11,429 nt of DNA, taken from Caecitellus pseudoparvulus. Its lineage: Eukaryota; Protista; Bigyra: Bicosoecida. Where the stretch lies: positions 1-11,429 of the forward strand of contig CBFFRQ010000169.1 in NCBI GenBank assembly GCA_965644315.1, in the 5' to 3' direction. The position numbers were made by a program, and so were the translations under genes. The notes beneath the pieces were generated by a model. The model ran no database searches and was not told the origin of the DNA. It worked only from the letters and a program-made list of their open reading frames with translations. Shown here in pieces: positions 1 through 9,509 of this stretch (positions are counted from its first letter, which is position 1; each line of letters begins with the position of its first letter).

Positions 1-2069
1 AACTTAGCTGCTTCCTGCCGCACACTGTCTGGGATCCTGCGGTGCCCAGTCAGGCCCAGCAGCTCATGCACAACGTCTGTGTGGCCATTGGCGCATGCCA
101 CGCGGAAGGCGGCCTCAGGTCCACCCCATGCCTCAGCGTGCACATCCACCTCCCGCGCACCAGTCAAGCCCAGCAGCTCATGCACAACGTCTGTGTGGCC
201 ATTGGCGCATGCCACGCGGAAGGCGGCCTCAGGTTCACCGTATGCTGCCGCGTGCACATCCACTGCCTCATCCCCCGTCAATGCAAGCAGCTCACGCACT
301 CTCTCAAGTTTGCCTTCCTTGCACGCAACTAGAAAAGCAGCATTATTTACCTTGCTGAATCTAACTTGTTCAATGAATGGATCAGACTGTGCAGCTGGTG
401 CTGTGGCAGCTTCGGCTGCCTTCGCCTGAGCTGCTGCGTCAGCCGCCCATCTTCGGACAAGCACACCCCGCACAGCACTCTCTGCACCTTCCAAACAACC
501 CATCTGTCCCCCACTTTCTTCACACGCCATCGCATATGCACCCATGCAGCAACCGCTCCCTCCCCGCCCCAACACCTCCAACGCGCTCGACAGAGCATGC
601 TCACCACGCTCCCCACTCCCCACAAACAGCGACCCAACGCCCGATCCGCCTCTCAGCGCACCACCTCCCACATCAAACACCTCACGCAGCACACTTAACA
701 CACCCTCACCATCACCGCCGCCACCACCAGCCTGGCGTGTGCCCCACACACCGCCACAGGCACTCAACACCACCTCACACCCACCCCCATCCAATGCGCC
801 CACCAGATCACCCACACTGCCGCTCCCCACACCCACCACCACAAAGCTCCCCACACCCACGCCACTCAGACTCACTCCACACGCCTCCGCCACAGCACAC
901 ACACCCAGCACTCTCACAGCCACGCGCTGCTTCACATCCAGCCCAACATCGTCCCACGCTTCATCCTCCAGGAACACCCTCAGCGGCCACCCCGCCTCAC
1001 ACTGCACCTGCACTGTGACTCTGCTCCTCTCACCAACCGGCTCATCAGCTCGGCCACAAATGACTCCGTGCGCGAGTGCTGCTCTGCGTGGAGTCTGCGC
1101 CATCCGTGGAAGTCCTTGGGCGATGCGAGTCGCTTCGCCACGCTTCACAGCCCCAATACTAGTTGCAAGCGCTGTCGCACCCGCACCCACACTCCCTGCC
1201 CACTGTTCCACATCCACAGTTCCACCAATACCTTCATCCACGATCTCGCTCCGTCCACTGTACACACTCAAACCCTTGCCATTCAGGCAGCCCAAGCCGC
1301 CTGGCAAGTCCAAGCCACCCACAGCCTTCACCTTCCGACCGCTCATCACTGGCGCACACCCCAACAGCCCACGCAGCTCCTCCGCTGCACTCGCAGCACA
1401 CTCCAAGTGCTCCGCAGCACTTTCGCTCCTCAACTCGCCTGCCGCCTCGCCTCGCAGCCACTCAGCCTGCTGCCGCATGCCAGCCAGAGCCGCATCCGTC
1501 GCTGCCTTGCCACCAGCATCATGTGTGACGGGGCCACCCTGACCAGCCACACCTGCCTCCGCCACCTTGAAGCCTTGCCACCATCGCGTCAGGTCAGCCA
1601 GCGCACCCTCCACGTTCACACCGGCCCGCACACTGCCCCAAGCACCCGCAATGGAGCCCCACAGTGCGCCACCCTCCGGCACTGCATCGACACCTACACC
1701 GCTCGCCACCTGGTGCAGCACATCCACCGCGCAGAAGCACCGGAACGACAAGTACTGCAGCGCAGCACACACACCACCTCGCTCACGCTGCCCAGCCAAC
1801 AGCCCAGCCTGCCCCAACAGCGCACTCCCCGCATCACGCAGTGCAGCCTCCAGCTCCACCAGACTCATGGCCGAAGGGGCGTCAGCTGCAGCAGGCGCTT
1901 TGCCACGCCCAATGGCTGCCAGTCCTCGCAGTGCTGGGCCGTGGTCCATGACGCTGTCCGGCAAGCACTTCATCTTGCGCAAGCATGCCGCCACCACCTC
2001 AGCCTGCGTGCCATCGATGCCTGCAGTGGCTGCTGCACTACCCTTCATGGTTTGACCCACTGCTGCTGC
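1..2069 (-). CDS. Host gene, partial (3' end outside window): Ala/Gly-rich N-terminal region, degenerate kinase-like domain and ankyrin-type repeats
   Basis: One minus-strand frame is open from a TGA at 2090-2088 to the window edge. Acceptor-like CTGAC..CCACACCACAG| at 2070, in-frame ATG at 2048 (MKGSAAATAG...). The C-terminal part reads NNAAFLVACKEGKLERVRELLALTGDEAVDVHA / EAAFRVACANGHTDVVHELLGLTGAREVDVHA / EAAFRVACANGHTDVVHELLGLTG, the ankyrin pattern A-x-x-x-G-H-x-x-V-V-x-x-L-L. An upstream exon may end at the GTGAGT donor at 2336. Confidence 0.8.
46..234. repeat. Near-identical 114-bp-period internal duplication encoding two ankyrin-type repeats
   Basis: 46-120 matches 160-234 with one mismatch (CAGG vs CAAG). 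Offset is 114 nt = 38 codons. A third, diverged unit lies at ~250-345. Confidence 0.95.
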
Positions 2070-2471
2070 CTGTGGTGTGGGGGAGGGTCAGGGCGCTGTG
2101 TGCTGTGGTGTATGGGTGACATGCTCTGGCGCAAGTGCTGGCGAAAGCGGGGTGCCATGCCCACACCAACGCACCATGGCGATGGGTGGCAGGGGATCTG
2201 ATCGGGTGTAACAGTGCTGTATAGCTGGTTCCTGTAGTGCGAGCGCTGTGGGCAGGTGCTTTGGTGTGGCGTGAAGGCGATGTCGCACTTGACGTGCGAG
2301 GGTGCAACTTCCGCACTTGCACCAGTGCCCACTCACCTGCCGCGGCCAGGCATGGAGGCAGGGCACCAGTCACAAAGTTGTGCTTGTAATGGTACACACT
2401 CAAAGGTGTGTGATGATTTGCTGGACTGCGTTTTTCCCACTCCGGCTTCTTCATGGAGGCTCCATGAGTAA

Positions 2472-2526
2472 CCGTCATGAGATTTTCCAGGCCCCTCCGA
2501 ACCCGGCGGCGGGCTTGTTGCCGGGT
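2472..2526 (+). repeat. Left imperfect terminal inverted repeat
   Basis: CCGTCATGAGATTTTCCA...ACCCGGCGGC-GGGCTT-GTTGCCGGGT aligns with the reverse complement of 10021-10074 (CCGTCATCAAAATTTTTCCA...TCCTGGCAAC-CACGTC-GTTGGCGGGT). Confidence 0.65.
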
Positions 2527-2584
2527 TCCCAAATAAGGCCTGAGAGGTTGGCGGGTGTTTGGCGGGTTTACCCGCCAACGACGT
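2499..2584. repeat. Left subterminal cluster of the ACCCGCCAAC motif in both orientations
   Basis: Copies at 2501-2510 (+, 7/10), 2517-2526 (-, 9/10), 2547-2556 (-, 10/10), 2558-2567 (-, 9/10) and 2570-2579 (+, 10/10). Includes the palindrome TTGGCGGGT-TT-ACCCGCCAA at 2559-2578. Confidence 0.8.
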
Positions 2585-3076
2585 CGTGGAATGAATTGTT
2601 TGCGCGCCTGGTGTTTCCACCCCGGCACTGCACCTGGTACTGGCTTGTGCCACCCCTGTGCCACCCCTGCCTCTCCTCCTGTGTGTGAGACGTCTCAGGT
2701 TTCGGTCGTCGCTGTCGCCTGCACGGGAGCGGAGCGGGGGTGCATGTGAGGGAGGCTCTCCTTACCCACCCATGCATCACGGAAGGGGGTGCTCTTCACC
2801 AACACACCCGCAGTGTCTGATCTCGATCAAGGCATCGTATTAGTCTTGGGTTTACCTTTGCTCTTTACGGGGCAGCAGCTGCCAGCGGCGTTCGGGGGAG
2901 TGACACGGCGGGTGCAGGAGACGCCACGGCAACGCGGGAACCTCCAATGCAGCAACGCACCGCTCAGACTACCACGTGAGAGAGATCGGCATTCATGATG
3001 ACTTCATAGTTCCAAAAAGCAAGATCTGGCGGCAGGGGGCGTGGCGGGGAGCGTGTCACTACGGTGAGGCTGGGCG

Positions 3077-5945
3077 TTAACGCAGCCTTCCAACGCCAAC
3101 ACTCACATTCCGCAGTGGGGCCCCCTGCATGTGTCGAGGGTCGAGTCTGGGGGCCGAAGCAAATATTGTGCCAGGATATTGTTCAACTACATGAGTTTCT
3201 GCACAGGGGAGGGCGGCGTATAGAGTGGAGCAAAGCTTGTGGTTCAGGTCAAGCGCGCCGGAAACGCCAGTGCTGACAGGTGTGCGCAGCTGGCCTCCCG
3301 GCAGCCTCACGTCAACTGTGGGACTCGTGAATGCAAAACGCTTACAAGTATCTCGGCGGTGGCAAGTGGAGTGAATGCCAGTTGTGCCCACACTGCGCAA
3401 GTGCACCCCCCACCTGGGGGAGGGGGGGGTGTGTGGCTCTGCTGCCAAGATCGAGGGTCTTCCCATCAGGTCCTGTGGGCTTTTGGAGGCGCTCTAGGGC
3501 CTATGCAACCTGACACTGCCTTGAGCAAAGACCTAGCGAAGGGCTCGGGTGCATTTTGGCCCACAGGGACGCCCGCCCCTCCCCGATCAAGGGGGAGCCT
3601 GCAGGTATGCCCCAGGCTGCCAATGGCAACCTATGTATTCAACAAAAGCGCCTTATATGCGTTGAGTCGGCGCTTGGTGTCCGGTTCCAAGTCTTTCGTG
3701 GGGTCGCTGAGTTGGCGCTTTGTGCCCTTTCCCTGGCCTTTCAGTGTTTCAGCGACCCGTGCTTGTACCTTTTGCGCCAAGACCTTTGGGTCTTCCATCA
3801 TCGAATCTTGAAAGGCCTTGGTGATATACCCCCAGGTTATGGCGCATCCATCCTCACCTCGTAAGAACGTCCAAATAGGCCCGAACACGGTGGCAGCAAT
3901 GTACAGTTGCGAGTGACTGAGTGTGTGCCACTGGGCGTCGATCGGAAGTTGCGGGACGTCGCGAGCGAGGCTATACGCTTGGTCTCGGATGACGCCAAGC
4001 ATCACCCTGGTGAGATACAGCATTGCTGCAAGGGGGTGAGATGTCTGCCCATCGCCCTCCAGACCTCCGCCTCCAGGTTGCTCGGCACCTCGGCTGCAGA
4101 GGGCCTGAACCTCGGATGCTGCCAGCAGGCTCACATAGTCGAAGGGGGTGTCGGCCGTCACAAATGCGCTGACTGCTTCAAAACGTGCTCGTTGGCGGCG
4201 ACTCACCTCTTCCATGGCAAGGGCGGCGCCGTTCGCGCCTTCCCATGAGAGGAAGTCCATGTTCCTCCTGGTGGGCGGTTCGTCGACGAACTGGCGGTCT
4301 GAGATGTTGATGGAGTCGACGTGGGGAGGACAGACAGCGTACCTCTTGCAGCGAAGGGGCTCAGCTTCTGCCTTGGGACACAGAGTCTTCAGCGCCTTGG
4401 CAACACGCTCCTTTTGTGCAGCCTGACCTGGCTGCAGGATCCGCTGTACCGCACTTCGCAGCTTCTTGCATGCGTCCCGGACAACCCCCAAGGTCACCCC
4501 ACCCAGCAGACGTTTGGTGTCTACCCAAGGATGGGGGGCGCCAGCTCCTCCAGCAGACACTCTCTCCTTGAGAAGCTCACAAAAGCCCTCAAGTCGTGCG
4601 AGGGGGAAAGATAGAGCTGGAGTTGTGAGTCCAGCGACACGACGAAGTTCATCGTGTACTGCCAGGGCAGAGCCCAGCAGCCCTCCGGAGACGGCCAGCG
4701 CGGCGTCTGTGCACATGAGTGTGAGAAGGCTCCCATATTTGTCTTCCTTCCCTTTCCGCTGGGTGGGGAATTTTTTCAGCTTGGTTGTCAAACGAGGCTT
4801 CCCAATGGCGTCCATGTGGTTGGCCATGAACAACTCGCTGCTGTTGGCGCTGTGGTCCTTTCGCTTCGCAGGGGTCACTTGGTCGGCGACCACCCCCTGC
4901 ACCTTGTCAAGTCTACCTGCCAAGTATACCACCTGGTACTCCAGGGAGACCGTCCGAGCAAACAACAGCTGGAGAAGTCCTCGATTGACCACCACGGATG
5001 CTTGGGTCGCCCTCTCACGAAGGCCCGGATCCCGCACGTGGAAGGCCTCCACGTCCAGCATCCGTGGCACCTCGCTGGTCTGGGCAACATGCATAGCCAA
5101 CGCGTTTCCGTGGGACACTGCGAACGAGGACGAAATCCGACTTAGGACAAAGGGCTATGGAACCCAGCTCGTGCTGTGTGAGCGGCCTCGCCACTGTCAC
5201 CGGCTGCAGCGAGTTCCGTACGCACCCTCCGCACTCGATTGCCTTGAACTGCTCGTCATCTCACCGTGCATCTTGGCGAGGTGCTCTTGAAGTGCTATCC
5301 CTGTGCCTCATAGTGACAATGCGTTGTAGTGAAAGCGTGATATGATGCGGTGCTGTACAGTGCACAGGCGTGACGTGCCGTTGGCGCCAGTCAGGTCCTC
5401 CTGCCAGGTTTCGAACGAGGGGTGTGGCAAGGTTTTGTCAGCCATTTTGGCACAGGTGACCTGTGTCGCGTGAGTTGCCCTCAGTATCCGATCCAGGGAC
5501 TGTACCTCCTTCCTGATTGCCAGTTTGGCTTCGGGGGGTGAAAGACCGCAATCCTCAAATGTGGTTTGTTGGGCCATCTTTGCAGGGAGGGAGAAGGGCT
5601 CGAGCGGTATGGTGGCATACAAGGCGCTGAAGATGGTTGTGAGAAGTTCGATGGCGTCTGGGAGATGACCTGGCGCGCCAAGTGGCGTGTGCGTCGTGCT
5701 TCGTGCTCAACGGCCACCCCCCCTCCTCCGTCAGCATCACGGCGCCGCGCAGCCTGTACCATGACGGCCGACACTGCGCGCAGAGCCTGATCAGTCACCT
5801 CAACCTGCTATAGTTCGACCATATCCCCTCCCACGAAGATCACCCTGCCTGCTGTCCGCGATGCTGGTGCAGCCCCGGAAGGTTCTTGTTCACACACCAG
5901 TACGGAAACTGCACCACCACGCCTCAGCACCTGCACTCCCCCCAT
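3077..5945 (-). pseudogene. Disrupted large gene with a C-terminal tyrosine recombinase (phage integrase-like) catalytic domain; the intact part is the 495-aa ORF 5118..3631
   Basis: Motifs in order: TFLRGEDGCAITWGYI (3870-3823, cf. box I TGLRxxELxxLxWxDI); GKGTKR (3732-3715, cf. XerC/D GKGxKxR); LEPDTKRRLNAY; after a frame change RLPLAAWGIPAGSPLI; VHLRSVGTT (R at 3397-3395); LDLNHKLCSTLY (H 3241-3239, Y 3220-3218). Upstream pieces 5945-5707 and 5700-5265 read as protein. A possible in-frame 147-nt intron spans 5264-5118 (GTGAGA...CCTAAG...TTCGCAG). Lesions: TAG 5810, TGA 5310, TAG 3503, and frame breaks near 5700, 3640 and 3410. Start and end are uncertain. Confidence 0.6.
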
Positions 5946-6119
5946 CCTGCAGTTCCAGCGACAGGTGCGTCTGGGGGCCGCATTGTGTGCATTCTTCCTG
6001 TGTCCCTGCTCTCGGTTGCGAACTTAATGCATTCGCTGTGGGCATGCGGTAAGCACGCACTGTGGCGCTGGGCATTTGAATCACTCAGCTCCACTCATTG
6101 GTCACAGACGCAGTCAAGC

Positions 6120-9100
6120 ATGTCCAATCCAGCAAGTTTTGAATGTCCCGTTTGTAAACGCCCTTTCACAACTCAGCGGGGCCTTACTCGGCACTACAGG
6201 ACTAGGTGCAAGGATGTGGCACGTGAGCGACGGCTGGCAGCGGCCAGTCAACGGCGGGCGAAGCTTGCGCGACTTGCCGAAGATTCCGAACCCACCCTCC
6301 CGGAAGAGCTTGAAAAGACTTTCGTTGGCGCCCATGCCTCCCTCGAACAGTCCACAGCAGGGGTGGCCCCGGCGGAGCATTCGCCCCCATCCACGCCTGA
6401 CGATGAGGCCTTTGTGCCAGACTCTGACAGCGACAGCGATGCAGAGACGGGGTTCGAGACAGCCTTGTGGGAGAGGGCCTTTCCTGGACCAGGGGCCGAA
6501 GGCATTCAGCTCCAGCCAACTGGCAGCACGGCACCCGAATCCCGGGAGGTTGACGCCGAAGCCGCGTGCCAGGCGATCCAGGCTCGCATGCGGCTTGACG
6601 CGAAGGCGATGGAACACCTGCGGAGGGAAAACTACATGCTGAAAGCGATCTTGACGACTGACGCTAGTTCGGCATCCGTGTTGAATCTTTTGACTGGCCT
6701 GTGGAAGCAGTGCATGTCGGACACGGAAGGATGCACATGCCAGGCACGGATCCGTGGAAGGAAGCCGGTTCAGCCGCACGAGGCCATGGAGCGTTTGGCT
6801 CACAAGTTCCAAGGAGACCCCAGCGTCTGCATGCCGGGCGTGGTGCACGCCAAGCTGCCCCCGAGGCGCACGACCGGCGAGGCAACGCCCGCCACAGCTG
6901 GCCGATCCACGGTGTCAAACTACGAGATTGGCTTGTCCACGCGCTGGCTCGGGTGCCCGTCGAGTGCTTGCCAGCCCGGCCGGCCACGAGAGGTGTCCCA
7001 GACCCCATGCACACGTCGGGGATTGACACCCCCATGACTCGCACGCTGGCCGAGAGTGTCTGCGCTGCCTTCCGCGAAAGTGACGCCATTGCACTCGAAG
7101 CATTCCGAAGGCACCGGCGATCTTTGTGCGACACGGATACCCCCCCCTTGGCTGGGCCGTTCTGGAGAGGTGGCCGCTTGCAGGCGCACACGATGGCGGG
7201 CGCACAGGAGCCCCAGGATGGAACCGTATCCTGTTTCAGTGAGAGCCCCTGTGCCCAAGCAGCCTCTCGAACAGCCCTCGAGCACCACGCGCTGCCGTTT
7301 GTCATCAACGTCTTCATGGACGAGGCTCACCCCTTCCGCCAACCGAAGACGGCCATCACACCCCTGAGCGTCCGGCCCATGCAACTAAGTCCCCGTGAAG
7401 CTCGAAGCCTGGGTGCCGCGGGAGTTCTCGCCTTCATGCCTCTAAAGGACATGGACTTTAAGGGGACTGCGGAAGCGGTGAAGCGTGCCAAGTACAGAGT
7501 TCACCAGGCACAGCTCTCCGCTGTGCTGCTGGAGCCTCTTGCAGATATCCACGCCCAGGGGGGGCTCTGGATCCCTGTGAATGCTGACCAAGTGGCCGGG
7601 CTTCAAACCCTGGGCGTTGACGTGATAGAGGCGCGGCTTGGGGACTCTACACTGTCATTCACTGCCCGCGTGTGGCCGCTCATCGGCGCCATCTGCGCAG
7701 ACACCGCCGAGAGGTGGCAGCTGCTGAACTCTGTCCATGGGAGGCCTCCGCGGTGCTCTTGCGCGCTGGCATGGCGGAGTGGGGGCCAGCAAGCACGGGC
7801 AAACCCTGAACTCCGTCCCACCGCCGAGACCGTAGAAGCTCTCAAGACCTGCAGGCGGCACTCGGCAACCTTCCATGCCGACGCGCTGCGCAACGTGGAG
7901 TCAGCCGACCAAGCTGTGAGGGCGCAGGCCCAGGCAGACCTGGCCACGATCCGGTGGAAGAGCGAAGAAGACATTTGCGCCATTGAGCGCCACGCGTCCC
8001 TGTTCGTGGGGGGCAATGGCTACGACGCCTGCCCTGCAGACAGGCTGCACGTGCTGGGGTCAGGGGTGGTGGGGGACCGGACATGGGCCGCGCTGGAGCA
8101 GGCCATACTGGTGCCCGGCACCCTCACCCAGGACACCCGAAAGACAACTTTCATGAAACGCATGCAGCAGCCATACCCGCGCCGCATCGACGGTGTGCAA
8201 GTGGTCGGGGCGGGGAAGGACACGGCGGTGAAGCTATCGGCCGGCAACGCCGTCACTGCCGAGGACAAGCTGGGGCTCACTCGGTGGCAGACCCTTATGG
8301 TGGGCACGGACGACGCCGTCGTGGGGCCGCCCAAGGTCCGCCAACTGCTGAACGCACTGCATGGGGCCGTGGGCGTGGTCCTGCGCTTCACGTACGGCAG
8401 GGCAGTGGCTGGGCGGGGCGACGCGTGCCGTCTGGCCCAGTGGATGGCCCGTGTGGCCACCGTGTTCCAGCTGTTCAGCAACGAGCTGCAGACCCACGGC
8501 CGGGAGGCTCTGCCCCTTACCTACCCCAAGCTTCACATCGCGCAGCAGATAGCGCTGGACATGCATTGGTACGGAAGCCTGGAGACCGTGGACACGGACA
8601 ACGGCGAGACCATGCACACTCGAATCAACCGTGTGCTACGTACAGTGCACCGCGGCAAGGTCGGCATCTTGCGCAAGCTTGCAGTGAGGGTGTGCCTCGT
8701 GCAGGCCATGAGCTGTATACCGTACTCGCTACCTCCGGGGTACACCCCCTCCCCCAGGAGTTGGCACAACCTATTGCATTCTCGCTCCCTGGACGCCGGC
8801 GCCTGTGCCGGGGCTGCTGCTGACCCAGGCGCTGAGGTCCCACTGAACTTGGTGGGCACGGCCATGCGGCCGATCGTGACGCGATTCACCAGCGCTACCA
8901 AGCCGCTGACCTTCCCAGAGTCCTTTCTCGCGGGCGCAAGCGCCTTGGCGTGGCTTAGAGAGCGGCAGGTGTCGACAATGTTGCCCGGGGGCTTGCACGA
9001 GGTGCAGCTAAAGCCCGACGACGTTGTGGATGGGAACGACGCGGGCCACCGCCCCCCCCTCACGTTGTGTACAAAAGTGAGGCTACAGTATCCCTCTGGT

Positions 9101-9499
9101 AACACCAACTGGCTGTCGTTGCCGGGGCTGGCTGACGTCATGTGCATGGTTGTGTGGGAGGGCAAGCGGTACATGGAGCGGACACTGATGGAGGTGGCCG
9201 TGGCCCTGGCGCCAGTGCGGGTCAACGCACGCAGCTATCTGCCTGATGAGACCCTCCTCTTGTGTCGTCAACTGAAAGTGGGCGCCCCGGAGGTGCAGGG
9301 GTGGGGAAGGGTGGACCACGGGCCAGAGGCGGAGGCGGAGCCGTGGGTGCTGGTGACGGGGGGAGGGGTGGCTGGCCCGGCAGTCGTGCACGAAGCGCCC
9401 TGGTTTGTGAAGACTGAGGAGGAGAAAGCTTCCTACCGCTTCCACTGGGCGCTGCAGGGCCCCGTTGGCAAGCAGCGCAGCGCCACCGCGGACGCGTGA
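6120..9499 (+). CDS. Plavaka-like (CMC/EnSpm-related) DDE transposase with N-terminal C2HC zinc finger; split over two frames
   Basis: ATG 6120, zinc finger CPVCx12HYRTRC (6144-6209), acidic linker. Second frame: VINVFMDEAH...ITPLSVRPMQLSPREAR...VLAFMP (D 7319); RVHQAQLSAVLLEPL; RVWPLIGAICADTAE (D 7700); PADRLHVLGSGV (D 8039); YPKLH...WYGSLETVDTDNGETMH (E 8606). These match the Plavaka motif series (SD..., R-V-x-P-x-L-x-x-x-x-AD-x-x-E, D-x-LH, PKxH...FG...TE-x-x-E-x-x-H). Stop TGA 9497-9499. Frame change lies within 6701-7037, most simply at the C5 run 6858-6862. Confidence 0.85.
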
Positions 9500-9509
9500 G
9501 GCGGCACCT

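Noticed and set aside
46-234. Repeat-spacer-repeat pattern resembling a CRISPR array
   Set aside because: Only two 75-bp units with an in-frame 114-nt period that encode ankyrin repeats. Eukaryotic context and no cas genes.
484-543. Possible intron GTGCAT...GTGCAG in the ankyrin gene
   Set aside because: The frame is open and reads as protein without splicing, so no intron is needed.
42-2201. Long plus-strand ORFs (42..332, 377..1018, 544..1542, 1068..2201, 1567..2055)
   Set aside because: Antisense shadows of the minus-strand ankyrin gene. Their Pro/His/Thr-rich composition comes from the strand skew.
2646-2669. TGTGCCACCCC tandem duplication
   Set aside because: Two-copy slippage with no counterpart at the right end.
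2700-3076. Possible further C-terminal coding remnants of the minus-strand gene
   Set aside because: Stops in all three frames and no recognisable motif.
4148-5290. Plus-strand ORFs overlapping the recombinase gene, and minus-strand ORFs within 6114-9566 and 10690-11390
   Set aside because: Antisense or alternative-frame shadows in GC-rich coding DNA, with no motifs.
3501-5810. TAG-to-Gln reassignment as an explanation for the in-frame stops
   Set aside because: The ankyrin gene, transposase and HVA22 gene contain no internal TAG/TAA over about 2000 codons, and TGA and frameshift lesions also occur.
6018-6036. GCGAA-N9-TTCGC as a res-like site between the divergent genes
   Set aside because: 5-bp arms are expected by chance and do not match the terminal motif.
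6049-6107. GTAAGC...CACAG 59-nt intron adding an upstream coding exon to the transposase
   Set aside because: Neither upstream ATG (6027, 6044) splices into the zinc-finger frame. At most a 5' UTR intron.
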